A stretch of DNA of 64,000 nt, taken from assembly GCA_030390025.1 (NCBI GenBank), contig CM059440.1, forward strand, positions 15,872,001-15,936,000, given 5' to 3'. The first letter of the stretch is position 1. Every line of letters starts with the position of its first letter. This document shows positions 35,181 to 48,600 of this stretch, piece after piece. This DNA is from Squalus acanthias (Eukaryota). A program made the position numbers and the translations under genes. The notes beneath the pieces are model-generated. The model had not been told where the DNA came from. It saw only the letters and a list, made by a program, of their open reading frames with translations, and did not search any database.

Positions 35181-37069
35181 TCGTAAAATGTATTAAATCA
35201 GTTCTGGCAATTGTGTCTTGTTGACCGGTGCAAAATACATTTGACATTCTCGAGTTATTTTAGAAAATACCAGGCATAAAATGGAAGTATTAAGTACTGA
35301 GAAACTGGCATACAGCCAGTCTGTCCCATATCCTGTAGCTCATTTCTTAATGTCACCACTTAGTTGTTCCTGAGTCCTGGTTGGACACTCTCTGTCATAT
35401 CGATCAGACTTGGAGACTGGCTGTTTCAGCTTTTTTAGCTGCAATGGCAGCAAGTTTGTTAGCAGTAGTCTTATAACTGTATAATTGGTGAATAACAAAA
35501 ATACAAAGTAACGAATTGGAAAGTAGAACTCAACCAATGAGGAAGAAGAAAATTGTCAAGACACGATGGTCACCACAGACAACAAGCTCAACACACTCCA
35601 ATGTTTTCAACTTTTTCTATTGTAACTTCCCAAAGATAAAAGAAAATGGTGCTATCATGGCAAAGAATAGTGTATGTGTATATATACACACACTAGCAAG
35701 TGAACAAATACAGGAAGATACAGATATTTGATAACAGACACGAGAAATTGTATGAGAAAGGTAGACCCAACCTTAGGCTAAAAGTTTATCGCAAAATTGG
35801 TATTTCACTATCTTTCACTCATACTTGCTTCTTTGTTTAAAAATAATGAGGACAAGAATTTCAGACCCCTTACTACTAAAAGAGAGAGAAAATAAATTAT
35901 TAATTTTTCCTTCATGAAAATTAGGTATATTGAATTAGCTTTTTATCAGCGCCACTTCTAGATCACTCTGGTGAGCCTACATCATACCTAACTCACTGAT
36001 CGTATGTGTTGTCTTACTTGGTGTCTTTATTGTTTTGACATTGTTTCTTCTTGCCATTAGTAAATGTGCTGCATTATCAAAGTACTGTACTTACTTGTGC
36101 CATTCCCCAAATTTGCAAATGGAAGGAGTGAGGTCAAGAAATTAAACGTTTTTTCTCCCAATTTTACATCTTGTCATTTTACACAAGCAGCCGATGACCA
36201 AAAGGGGAAGGAAGGGAGAAAAAAACGGCAGCCAGATCGCAGGCAACTGTTTAAATAGAGACAGGGAGAACTGGTCAATTATTGCAGCACTCAAACATGT
36301 GATGGGATGATGATAAATGTATTTTCAACAGTGGGTGATGCAAAACTAAGACCAGAGTGCAATTCTAAGCACAGCAGTTAAGATACATCGTTCACATCAT
36401 GGTGGTGACTGATGCTTGACTCCTCCAACCAGGTATGTCATGGGTCTCCCCAAGTCTCGCACCATGCGAAAAACTGCAACTCACTTGGGAGGAGGATCAT
36501 TCCTTCTCTTCGTCACCACACCACACCACACTCACTACAGCTTCACAGGACGAGTGAGAATATTTTTAAGGAGTTGTGAAATACAGAAGCAGATTACAAA
36601 AGGGACATTCCCTCCTTTTTAAAAAAAAAGATATGTGAAGTAGAGTTCAGTGTATGTTTGGTCTTTTTCAGTACCTTAATTTCTTTAACATGATAGAGCC
36701 CAATATAGGTGCAGACGAAACTAATTCCGAAGCCTTAATTGAACACTATTAATAGTGGGTCTGTGCAGACATGACATGTGGATGTTCAGTCACGCTGCAG
36801 TGTGCTCAGTACACCCCAGGCAATGAATCAGTCACTTCCCATAGAAAAGACAATCTGTCTTCCCATGTCTCCTCCCCCACCCCCCTCTTTTTGCCACTGC
36901 TGCTCACAGACAGGAAAATCATCTTTCCTGATGGGATGCAGCGATCCGCTTGGATTGTAGGCTAATACTGTATACAGCTGGTGCCGTCTTTTCAAATAAA
37001 ATTAACTGCAGTCTGCATGAAGGTTTCTTTCTTCGTTTTCTTTAAATTTCCACCTATATTCCTCTAGTT

Positions 37070-37290
37070 TTCTCCTCTCCTCCTTGTAGGATACAGTTCT
37101 ATTGTCACAGATGATCATTATTCATGAGTGATCCTAGGCAGTGAATGTGGACAGGCTATTCACCCCCAGGAGTATCACAATCCAGCCCAATCCTATCCTT
37201 ACCCAAAGTCCACACACACACATACACCTATCCAGCAGAGGTCACTGGATAGAGATCAGGAGCACGATCTCTCTGTGATTATTTTTCCCT
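37070..37290 (-). mobile_element. SINE family B, partial
   Basis: caggctattc, cagcccaatcct and ggtcactggatagagatcaggagc blocks. Confidence 0.6.
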
Positions 37291-37671
37291 TAGTTTTTTT
37301 TAAAGAATATGTTTATTCACATTTCAGAGGGACTGTTTATTAAAAAGTGATTGACAATCTGGACCTTACCATGCCCTTGCAGAAGTAGAGTCTGTTGGTG
37401 GCTCTTATTGGGGTTTATCTAAAGTTTTGTGTGGGATGGAAAGATTGATGCTCTTTAAGAATATTAATTTGGACCCTAAATTTCATGTAGGATTTCTCTA
37501 GCTTATAGTCGGTATCTTACTTTTGAACTAAACTAAAATGAGGGGTTATCTTTTAGGTTAGCCTGTATAACTTAAAAAGATTTATGTAAAATTACTGATT
37601 ATTAAATAGGATGTTATTCATCATTTTAGATATTACGTAATTGATATTTTCAATTTACCATATCTTCCAAC

Positions 37672-37893
37672 AATAAATTGCCTTTCTATAGCTCTTTCAA
37701 TGTAGAAAAATGTCCCAAGGCACCTCACAGAGGTGTAATCAGACAAAAATCAACATCAAACCAAAGAAGGAGATATTAGGAGTGTTGAGATGGGTTTTAA
37801 TGAGGTGAGGGAGGCGAAGAGATTTAGGGAGGGAATTCCAGAGTTTACGGCCTAGGCAGCTGAAGGCACGGCCACCATTGGTGGAGCGAAGGG
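37672..37893 (-). mobile_element. L2-type LINE 3' end
   Basis: gggagggaattccagag..cctaggcagctgaaggcacggccacc encodes GGRAFSCLG..LWNSLP on the minus strand; tail as at 2085. Confidence 0.8.
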
Positions 37894-38430
37894 AATACTG
37901 CAAAATTTATACAAAGCTTAGTGCAAATTACCTCTACATTGTCCATCAAAAAATATTCCTGCAAATGCCATTCGTGGCCTGTAAATATAGGGGGTAAAAC
38001 AGTCCATTTTTGTAATCCACCCTGGTTTATATTTTATTTTGGTTATGGTATTTTCATATGAAAATATTGCTACTCACTGCTGAAAAAGATGGGTTATAAA
38101 AGCCTTATTTGCCTAGAAATTCAATTGTTTTTTGTTTAAACTCTGTGGCCGCGATTGCGCCAATTGTGGTGAGTCCGATGCAGCCGGAGTAGGTGGCGGC
38201 TTCAAACCCCGCTTCCATCTTCATCCCGCCTCCTCCAAGTGGTTTTGCCCTGATTGGGCTTGTTAAGCCCGCCCTGCAAGGTTCCTGGCCAATTAAAAGG
38301 AAGCGGGTCTGATGACGTCATCTGATGATGCGTCATCAGCCAGTTTCCTTAAAGGGACCATGTCCACATTCATTTTGACAGTTGTATGTCAGTGTTCTGC
38401 AGCATTGAGGTGCTGCAAACACTGACAGGC

Positions 38431-38665
38431 ACTGCACAAAGGGGCACGGCTGCACCCAGGCTCTCCCATGACTCCCTCCGTATGCTTATGGAGGGAGTCA
38501 CGGCACGCAGGGAGGTTTTCTTCACTTCCAATGGGCGGAAGAGACCTCCCCAGGAGACCAACACAGCCTGGTTACATATTGCACAGGAGGCCACAAGCAG
38601 GAATGTTGTCAGAATGATCTGGCTGCAGTGGCACAAGCCTTTCGATGATCTCAGTAGACCACGAA
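38431..38665 (+). pseudogene. Harbinger Myb/SANT-like DNA-binding domain, within ORF 38386-38892
   Basis: APRLSHDSLRMLMEGVTARREVFF..TAWLHIAQEA..RMIWLQWHKPFDDL fits the Myb_DNA-bind_5 pattern (PRF..L..V..R..LF, W..IA, R...QC.K.FNDL). Confidence 0.8.
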
Positions 38666-39189
38666 ATGTTACTGCAAAGCCACACTCAACCTCATTCTCC
38701 TGTGCCACTCATCACATCCCCATCACTCTGCCTTCCCTACCCTACTCCTGCACATCCTTACTCACACCAACTTACCTTACACCTCCACTCATTCATCTCT
38801 ATCTACGTTATCACTTCCCCATCTCACAATCCACTCCTCACATTCACCCTCATCCTTGTCCAATCATTCAAACTAACAACACACAAGGGTAGGCACTTGT
38901 GTGCTTTAGCAATGTTCGTGTAAAGTGTCTGTTAATGTGTTGTCAAGCATTGAAATCTTTATTTTCAACACTTTGCCTTCTTGGACAGATTTGTGTGCAC
39001 CTTAGTGAGTTTCAGTGAATGGTGAGACATAACTCCCCCCGCCCGGCCCCCCCCCCCCCCCCCAAATGGTGATGATGAGTGTGAAAGGAATAAAGGAATA
39101 GCTTGGACATTGTAGGCATGCTTTATGGTGCTGGTGTGGGGTGGTGGCAACCTGGTGCATCATGTGGCAGCCAGGGTATACAACGTCAA

Positions 39190-39400
39190 GTGAAGTAAAT
39201 CTGGCCATGGTGAGGCCATCACTGGCCTCCCGGGCAGCAATGTGGGTGCTGATGCCCTGTGTCTTGTGCAGCATCAGGTGATTGCGGAGAAGGTTGGTGG
39301 TGTTATTGCTGCTGGTGTGTCTGGTGATGTTGGTGTTGGGGCTGATCGTGGTGGGATTCTGAGGACCAAGGTGAGATTTTTTTCAAGGGCACCAATGCTG
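39190..39400 (-). pseudogene. Possible Harbinger transposase N- and C-terminal remnants
   Basis: IAAREASDGLTMARF resembles the C-terminal ..R..LI..RF of HARBI1-like transposases and converges on the Myb ORF; no DDE core present. Confidence 0.4.
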
Positions 39401-41024
39401 CTGGAATAGATGGCAGCTGAAGTTGAGATGACTGAAGCGATTGTCAATGGTGAGAGAGGTTGCTCCAAGGAGGTGACAGTGGATAGAGAGTTTACTCCAA
39501 ACACTGCCAAACTGCATACAGCTCAAAAGTGTCTTCTAAATCCTGAAGGCTCAAGCTTCTGACATTGGAAAGTGAACAGCTGTGAAATGGCAGCTTTTAT
39601 ACCACTTTTGCAGTTGTCACCTATTCACAGCAATGGAGAGTCATAGAGAATCCGACACACTTACCTGACGTGATCTCCGAGCAACGGGAACCTTGTGGAA
39701 AAGTTGGAAAAATGGCTAGAAGGTGATAAAATGCCATTCATCTACCTTTAAAGACCCTCTTAAATATCTCAATTGGCTGACCCGCCGCTTAGTGCCGGGT
39801 CTGCAAAGCGCAGGCAGACCCCGCACTTGGGAAACTGACACTGAGGCGGGTTCAGAGCGGGATCCCGACCCGCTGTCAATCTTTTAGATTTTGACAGCAG
39901 ACCCGCTTCCGAACCCGCTCTCTATGAGCGCCGGCAAAATTCCGGCCTGTGACACTGAAACAGTCTGACACTGAAATATTAGCAGTTTGTACCTTTTTAA
40001 AATAAAGATCCTTAAACAATTTAGAAACCGGTGCAATTTGTGGTAAATTCACTACTCCCAGCACGGAGCTGGGCTGGAAGGTGCGTCGGTCAGAGATAGA
40101 ACTACAGCATTGTATCCCCGATTCATTTACCTGTGCTGTTTCTGACCACGGTTCCCCTCTGGCAGTGCAGGATTGGTGAATTACCTTTGTGTTCCGTGCT
40201 TTCTGTGAACCTCTTCTCTAATAATGGTTAAAATGTAAGTCAGGCTGAAAATAAATATTCCATAGAATCACTTGGTAGATGTGGTGTAATTTCCTCAGCA
40301 ACACTCATCATCACCTTTGTCTTCCCTGCAGAAATAGACCATTGAATGGGAACACTCAACTGTCCAAACTCAGTGAGGTGGATTAATCCAATTCATATTA
40401 TATTATTAAATGTGACCTTTCGAAAATGAAAGGGGTTATGGTTTCACGTGAAATTCTAGTAAATGCTGCAGATGCAACCAGAGAAACAAATAAAAGGCAC
40501 TCGGACAGGGTTTCCTTTATTTCACAATTTATCAATTTGAAAAATAAGTTACAATTTCTAAAATGCTGCAAATGTTAATCTAAAGTGCAGGTTCCTCCAC
40601 ATAGAGGTAGGTTACACTTCACTACAATTGTCATCACTGTATGGATTTGTTCTGTTGAGTGAAAGAGTACAACCCCAGTGATATAAAGTGACATAGCACC
40701 CCCTTTACTCTGTTGAACGCACCATTAACTGCCCATTCATTTCCCAAACTAAGTCACATGATAAAAGTCTTGGGTCATGTCCATAGTCCGTTCCTGCTAG
40801 GATATTGTGCCAAGACTTCCCCAACAAGGCATCACATAGGTAGAGGCAGCACAAAATTTGCTCTATTATTTTTAAACAATTGGCTATATTGTTGTTGTAC
40901 TTAAGGAATGAGTCTCTTAAGTGATCTTATCCTTATGCACCAGCATTTGGATCAGTTGGCAGTAATGGCAGAGCAGATTTCTATGAAAACCAGTTTTGGC
41001 CAAAAAAGCACAAATGTTGCAGTA

Positions 41025-41310
41025 AGCAGGTGAACCGCACAGATTAAGTTCCGTTTCCAGTTTGTGTTAACTTAACTGATCTCAGCCAGGCTGGTGGAAG
41101 GGGAACACCAATTGGCCTCAGTGCCCCTGAGTGAAGACCAGAAAAAATCGGTCAGGGTTCCTACCCCTAATCACTCTGTTGGAAGTGCATGGGCATCAGG
41201 TGAAAACAGAAATATGATGCTCCAAGCCTCAGTTGAATAATTGTCACTTGGGTTAGGTACTTGAGGGTGACTGGCACCCATGGAACTGAATCCCAAGCAA
41301 AGAACTGAGG
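41025..41310 (+). mobile_element. SINE family B
   Basis: ctgatctcagcc, caattggcctcagtgcccct, cagggttcct and cccatggaac blocks. Confidence 0.65.
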
Positions 41311-43431
41311 GAAATAAAGGTAAAGATGATGCCAAGATACAAATGGGTGTCCTCCTGTAGCCTCAATTCCCCGTACATCAAAGTAATCAAACCGAGCAAC
41401 ATTGTATGTAAAAGAAGGCAAGTGGAGGAGGGAGATTCTTTCATCGGGAGAAGAACGGCCAATCCACACTGGAATGGCACAAAGAGAACCAAAATGTTGG
41501 GAGAAAAATGGCTGGGGAGGGAAGAATTAAAATAAAATACAAGGGAGAACTTACCTGCAGCCTCAGTCACGCGGATGGATGTGAATTCCAAGTGTCACAA
41601 ACTAAAACAAGGCTACAAATTGATTTTTCTTTACAAGGAGTAATTGGTTGTTATCTGTAATTGCTGTATGGTTGGTGTGGCCTTCACACTATTTTTTCTG
41701 CCTTAATAAGAAGGCAAGTAACTGAGTTGAGGGCAGAGTGTTAAAAGGCTTCACTTCGGTAATGAAAGAAGTAGGAAAGAATACGTGTGTGGGAAAATGA
41801 CATGTACAGTATATCATCTGTGACCATCATTTTTTTCCATAAACCTTGGTCATTAAGCTGCAGTTTCCCTTCATACTTTACCGTTGAATCCGTGACACAA
41901 CATTTCCATTGAGTGCAGTATTTTCAACCCTCCTAACGTTAGTTTCAGGTAAAGCAACATTGGTACAGACAGAATTTACTACAGGATAGGTCTTAAGGTC
42001 TTGGTTTTTCTGGGGCATTATTTAAACAAAACACACAAATGGCTGTGCGAAGCAGACTTGCCTATCATTTACCTGTAACCTAATAGTTTAGTCTGGATGT
42101 TTTGGGTTTTTTTCATTTTCTAATTTCTTGGCCATTTTACTTGGATACAAATCTGCTTTTGAGCCCTGTATTAGAGCATGTGGAATGAGGATCATATTTT
42201 GATTTTATTTGGTAAAACTGGCCAGCCAGAATAATCTTATGAGGCAAGCATGAGAGAGTTTGCCGGTTGTATTTTTATGAGAAATAAGCAGAGAATTAAA
42301 ATGCAGTGCTGCCACATCCCCTACTTTTGTTTCTTGTGGTTCTGCAGCTGAATCAACGTATTAACCACCATAGGTTGACCAGTATTCGTACTTCAAAGAG
42401 ATTGCAGTCAAACCTGTACTTAGGGTCACCTGCATATTACAGCCACACATTTTGACTCAGGCCAGAAGCTAATGCAATTCAATGGGGATTATTCTGTGTA
42501 TAGTGATCACCTTTGTGTTCCATATTACAATCGCCTAATTCCACATTTATCGGTCTTGAGATCACAAGAGTCTCTACGATTTTTCCTCCCAAGTCCCAAC
42601 CTTTTTTTTTGGTGAAGATTTTCTTTCAACCTTGTTCTCTTCCTGCTCAGAGAATCCACGAGAGAGTGGGAGTTGGTTTCTAGGCCTGGGTCCAGTTCAG
42701 CTTCCTCCGCTAGCAGCTGAGTTCCTTGATAAATCAGTCACCTGTGAGTTACTGCCAATATGGCTGGTCCCTTCTGTGAACATAATGGACATGTTCGACT
42801 ATATAGAAATCAAGAGAAATGTACTTCTAAATGAATCTCTAATTTATCAAATTTGCAAGCTGTCGAATTTCACTCGTACGAGAATGTGTCTGGTGCTTCG
42901 GAAAGCAAATGGTTCAAGGGAGCACGGCACGTGAGCTTAGAAATGATCACATGTGGCACACTAGTACTAACAGTATGGCCTGAAGCTTTGCAGCAACTGC
43001 GTGTGCTGCAAGGAGAACGTGATGGTGATTTCTGAAGACAGCTAAAGAGGCTTTGAAACACTAATACAGTAATTGGTTGTCTGGCTTCATCCACAGAGTC
43101 TGAGCTTGGAAGGTTTCATAAGTAATAAATGTTCTTGAAAAAGCTCAGCTCTTGCAGCTTTTTAGGCCCTTTGGGGATTTTGGTGACTGTCTGTTCCCTC
43201 TCCTTTACTGTTTTGATGTTATCCTTTATAATGGGATCAGACTGGCCTACAGTTTAGCAAGACGGAGCTTGCATTTTTAGCTGTGCCTTGACCTGTATTG
43301 CTAACACGTGCCTGCTTTTGTGGTGTCCAGGGAGCCGGCTGACAGGATTGATCAGGAGGGTTATCGGGTGAGCATGTACGTTCAGAAGGTTTTAACATTT
43401 AGTACAGTAGAGAATTATACCAAGGAAAATA

Positions 43432-43702
43432 AAAGACTTGAAAGGCTTGTATTTATATAACGCCTTTAATGAACTCAGGACATCCCAAACTGCTACCCAG
43501 CCAATTAATTAATTTAGACGGTTAGTCACTTTTTTATAGGTAACTGCAACATCCAATTTGCACACAGCAAGATCCCACAAACTGCAATGAGATAAATTAA
43601 CAATTAATCTGTTTTGGTGGTGTTTGTTGAAGGGTAAATATTGGTCAGGATACTGGGAGAATTCCCTGCTCATCTTTGAATAGTGCCATAGATTTTTATG
43701 TG
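43432..43702 (-). mobile_element. DeuSINE 3' half
   Basis: cttgtatttatataacgcc, gcacacagcaagatcccacaaac and gaatagtgccat match 17007-17280. Confidence 0.8.
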
Positions 43703-43838
43703 AAGCTGCATTCATTACTACAGCGCACAATGATTGTTTAAAGGAATACTGCCTTCAGGAATACACAAATTTCTGGTGGTAGCTTCATTACGATGACATG
43801 CTCAAGTACCATAATGCAACTTTCCCAGATGATTCAAT

Positions 43839-44400
43839 GAGGTGGATTTTCCCCCGTTGCGGACTTTATGCAGCCAGGTGGCAGAGTGCGCTCACTGGTC
43901 ACCCGATAGTACTGGCAGGCGGCCCAGTCCAGTTTGAGGCTAGACCTCATTAGCGATAGGCTGGTGGGCTGTGAGTAGCTCACCGTCACAATATCGGGCG
44001 TCCCCTCCAGACCAAATTATGGTAGGTGGGTGACTTGGAGCAGAATTGGCTCAGGCTGGTTTTATGGAGCCCTGAGTATTTCTGCTCCTCCTGGCCCCAC
44101 AAGAATACAGTAAAACTTAGCTGAGGGCTCCTCTTTGGCTGGACTGCCGGCTGACCCTGCAGAGCCTACACGGTCAAGCTCCAGCCAGTACTGTCCTAAA
44201 ATGGCAAAGATGGGGTCTTAAATACGTCATGGGATCCCTATTTGCATAATAAAGGAGCCTACCGCCTGGCTTAGGCAGGTGCTCTGGCTGCCCAGAGGTA
44301 GGCCCAGGGAAAGAGCACTGCAGCATGTTGCCTCAAGCAGCAGAACAAACAGTACGATCCCAGTGGCAACACATGCACATTGTTGAGGCAAGTCTAGTGC
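43839..44400. mobile_element. Degenerate GC-rich MITE-like element
   Basis: gaggtggatttt start; ctgctcctcctggccccaca block resembles 11828 and 18477; right end unclear. Confidence 0.4.
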
Positions 44401-44463
44401 CAGCATACAAAAGGTCAACTGAAAAAACTGGGATATAAGCAGAAAATACTGGAAACACACTGC

Positions 44464-44592
44464 ATGAAGGGAAAAAATTTGCAGGGCTGTGGGGGGGAAA
44501 AGCAGGGAACTGGGATTAATTGGATAGCTCTACCAAAGAACACGATGGGCCGAATAGCCGCCTTCTGTGCTGTATCATTCTATGATTCTATG
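44464..44592 (+). mobile_element. CR1 3' tail
   Basis: aaaatttgcagggct..gatgggccgaat..ccttctgtgctgtatcattctatgattctatg. Confidence 0.85.
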
Positions 44593-45734
44593 GTATCAAT
44601 CAGCATTTGAAGGAGAAAGTAAAGTTAATGTTTGGGTTGTTTCTTTCACCCTGGTGGAGGAGCTCAATCAAAACATTAGCCTCTCTTTCCTTTTTCAGAT
44701 ACAGATGGCCCTGTTGTAAGCTTCCTCTTATTTTCAGAGTTCCAGTATTTGCAATTTTTCTTATTACCATTTATAAAACTGGGAAGTATTTCAGAACCGT
44801 AAGGACAAGTGTGGAATCTTACACCAGACCTGCACTTGCTGTGGCTTCCTGCAAGCTGGTGTCTTCTAACTGCAACGATTGTCCAAAATGCATCGCACGT
44901 GGTTACTTTGTCTATGTGTTCAGCGAAACAGAAATTGGGCTCCGTGATAATCTAACTAGACACAATCAATACAGTTCTGTTTCGAAAGCCAGACAGCAGG
45001 CACCTAGTTAGTGTTATAAAATCTATGCATAGGGAAAATGAGACCATACTTCCTGTGTCATACCAAGTCAAAATATTCATTACTTCTAGTCTTTTGACAA
45101 CCAAATAAGAAAATATGGTGGTGGGGTGTTTTTGACCTGGAATCACAATTGTTTCCATTCAGAAGGGATAGCATTGAAAATAGTCAGGTTTATATACTAT
45201 TCTATTTCATTTATCTTATCATAAATTGCAAGGTATTGAAGGATTTTTAGTGAAGGAAAAAATCTGAAATAGAAAGTAAATTGGACATTACAGATCTACA
45301 ATGGTGTTTATTTTTACAACATTTTTATCCTTCACTTTTTAATTATATTAACCCATTAAGTGCTAAATAACTCAAAATACACGCAGGATTCTAACACCTG
45401 CAGAAACATTACCTTGATTTCTACTACTGAATCTGGGGTAAGAGATTTCCAACTTGTGCTGTTCCCGTGCTCTTACTAAAAAGCTTGTGTGCTTAAGCGT
45501 GCAAAGGAAGTTTAGTACAAGTGTATTAGTACTCAGATGGGAACAGTACCAATCAATAACTGTACCCAAGGAAGGGAATGTCACTGTTGAAATTGGAACA
45601 AATTTTGATAGTTTTTGTTGGAAAATAGGCACAAATGCATCTGCTTATTATTTTTTAAAGTTTTTTCCCCACTCTCCCATTATTTCTTAATTCATAGTGT
45701 TCATTGAATTATATTTAATAAAAACCTATATTTG

Positions 45735-45990
45735 TTACATAGGGATATAAGTTCAGAAAAATTAGGAAGTTAGGAGTAAAAGGGAGAGTCAGGCGGAACT
45801 TTTATTACACAGTGTGTTAGAGTTGTGAAATAAGTTACTGGGGTCGGCCATTGAAGCAAACGGTATCATAGGTTAAGGAGGCAACCAGATATATTTCTGG
45901 AAAGCAAAGGAATTGGGGGATCTGGTGAGAACATGGGGTTGATATCCGTCATAAAGGATGGGTCTGGTCTGTTGGGCCTAATAGTTTTTT
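45735..45990 (+). mobile_element. Degenerate CR1 3' fragment
   Basis: gggatataagttcaga, aactttattacacagtgtgtt-like and gatatatttctg blocks are colinear with the other CR1 tails. Confidence 0.5.
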
Positions 45991-46359
45991 CTTCTTCCTA
46001 AAGATTTCTTTCAATGTAAAACTAATAGAGGATGTTCACTGAGGACAGCTTTGGTGAACTTTTTCTTCACAACCAGAGTGACTCAGCCAAGGAGCTCGCA
46101 AGTGATAGGACGTGAACGATATGATGTTTTGTTTAAAGTATCACGCTGGTCCCAAGCGTCTTCACAGTTTAAACCATGAACGTGTTGAGAGGTACGAATA
46201 CCTTAATAACACAAGATCAAAATCGCCTCACTACAGATCATATTAGCCTCAAGGTCATTTTCATGGTATAAAAAGAAATATGCTCTGTCTTTAAATTAGA
46301 TGTAAAATGTATTCTTACTGTATATTTAAATATATTCTTCATCCCACCCTGATTTCCTG

Positions 46360-46745
46360 CACTCGTCTCCTGTAGATGCTAACTCATGCTGGGGTACGAT
46401 TCCATGAGCACTGCCAGCCCTCTGGTACCTCACCCAAATGGCTACTCTTCACGTATGAGACTAGACAGTGAGTGTTGACAGATTAATCGACCATGAAGGA
46501 CATCGCAGCCAAGCCTGATCCTGTTCTCACGCAATATCCACTGTACACGTGTACTTTTCCAACAGGAGCCACTGGATAGTGATCTGAAGCAGGAACTTAG
46601 CTGATACCTCTCTCCCTAACCAGGGGCACATAGGAGAATTGTAGGGTCTCCAGCATCATCCTAGCTAAGATCAGTTAACTAAACACAAGCCAGAGATTGA
46701 GCCTGGGACTTGTGTATGTCTCTGTTCCACTCCAGACAGTACATT
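46360..46745 (-). mobile_element. SINE family B, near full length
   Basis: actcatgctggggtacgattccatg, gagactagacagtgagtgt, cactggatagtgatc and gattgagcctgggac blocks. Confidence 0.7.
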
Positions 46746-47512
46746 TTTGCAATAAGTAATTGGTAGACCTGGCTGGATTTAAAAAAAATATTAACTATTA
46801 TTGGTTGGTGAGGAGCAAATTATTTTTCTTTTCTTTTTATTTCCCTAGCAAGCTTTTCAGATGGATGCTAGCGATGAGCGGAATTAGTTTGTGGCCTGAA
46901 CATTGGGTAGGGGAGGGAGACGAAGGACTGGCTTTGTGGAACTGCATTGTATGGGGGAGGGTGAAAGACCCTTGTTTAACCTAATTACAGATGACATTGC
47001 TATGGAAATCTACTCTTTAGAAAATGGCTGTTTCCAGAATTCGGAGCAGAGAATGTTTTCATCAGAATAGAAACTGATCAGTTTTCTTTTTAAAATATTG
47101 TTGGGCTCCTCCTCCTCGGCTCCTTTCCTTGACAGGGATAACAAATAACTTTTAGAAATATGCCCTTTCTGTTGTTTTCTTGGGGTGGGGGTTTAGTTTC
47201 TTTAATAAAATGGTCTGGGGGAGAAGAACCTCACCTATTGTTTCACTTTTACTGGCTGACTTTTCTGGTTGCTGTTTGAAATGTTGGTCCCTCCTGTTTG
47301 TGCACACAGTGTACTATATCATTGGCATGCTTCCAGGTCTCTTATGTTGCAGAGCCAAGTAAAGAATGCATTGCAAAAAATTGTGTTTCAACTTCTAGAA
47401 TTGCTTCAGTAACCCAGAGGACTGATTGTTCAAACATGAGAGAATGTGTCCTGGGCATATGTGCTGCTCACATGGGTTGTCATTCGCTATATGTTACACA
47501 CCGCTCCCCTGT

Positions 47513-47631
47513 TAGGAACATAGAAACAGGAGGAGGCCATTCAGTCCCTCAAGCCTTTTCTGCCATTCAGTTAGATCATAGCTGATCCGTATCTTAACTC
47601 CATCTATCCGCCTTGGTTCCGCAACCCTTAA
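47513..47631 (-). mobile_element. CR1 3' tail
   Basis: aggaacatagaaacaggaggaggccattc..gtatcttaactccatct, reverse of 56050-56159. Confidence 0.8.
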
Positions 47632-48030
47632 CTGTTGGCTGAGTGGGTTAGTTCATCGCATGATGTGTCCCTAAACCATGTATCAAGAGCATCCAGTTTC
47701 GATCCATGTTCTGTGCTATGTTAGCCAATCTTAATCAGAGCAGCAACTGTGGTGTTATAATTGGCCTCAGCATCCTTGGCCTATGGAAAGAAAAAATCAC
47801 CTAGGTTTCCTGCTATCTAGTGACATTTTCTGGAACACGTAGAGGTGGACATCAGGTGATAACAGGATTTGGCTTCGCTGTAATGTTCTTCACGATGGAA
47901 TAGCCTGCTGACGTGTCCAGGCATTCACTACGGGCACTTGGGTACAGTACTAGAAGGCTGCCAGCAGATATGGAACTGTACCCCAGTATAAGTCTGTTCC
48001 TTAGCAGAGGAAGGAAGAAAGTGGGGGATG
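47632..48030 (+). mobile_element. SINE family B, near full length
   Basis: A-box-like tggctgagtggg, B-box-like gtttcgatcc, body, and tail tggaactgtaccccag..gcagaggaagg. Confidence 0.7.
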
Positions 48031-48267
48031 GGGGCAGGAGGGTTGAACTCAATCTCATATTTCAAATGTCTGGTTCAATGATATGAGATCAAAAGAAATT
48101 TTATGCATTAGTACTTTTTTTTTCCTTAATGTGCACTGCACACATCTGGACTGTACAACATAATTAAACTAAATCAGTATAAAATCCTATTTGGTTAAAC
48201 TTGCTGAGTAGATCTAACTAATGGTTTTTCACTCTTCAGCAAAATTAGCTAAGCCCCTAACCAAGCT

Positions 48268-48600
48268 ATTCCAGTACAGCTACGACACCGGAAAATTGCC
48301 CAGTTATATCCTATCAATAAAAAGCAGGACAAATCTAACCCAGCCAATTACTACCCTATCAACCGCCTCCCAATCATCAGCAAAGTGATAGAAGGAGTCA
48401 TGAATAGTGCCATTAAACGACATCGACTCACCAATAACCTGCTCGCTGGTGCTCAGGTCGGGTTCCACCAGAGCCGCTCAGCTCCAGACCTCATTATAGC
48501 TTTGATCCACACATGGATGCAGGAACTGAATGCCAGAGGAGAGGTGAAAACGATTGCTGTTGACATTGGGGCATATTTGACCAAGTATGGAACTAAGGCG
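48268..48600 (+). mobile_element. LINE reverse transcriptase N-terminal fragment
   Basis: KKQDKSNPANYYPI..ISKVIEG..LL..AQVGF..AVDI. Confidence 0.85.

Larger units (their letters stand above)
38147..39947. mobile_element. Internally deleted PIF/Harbinger DNA transposon
   Basis: TIRs ggccgcgattgcgcc / ggcaaaattccggcc (11/15 match); TSD tgt; cccgc subterminal repeats; Myb/SANT ORF inside. Confidence 0.85.

Noticed and set aside
41550-41612. Minus-strand mini-exon with a strong cag|gtaagt donor
   Set aside because: The 47-nt candidate has stops in all three frames; a non-coding exon cannot be judged from sequence alone.
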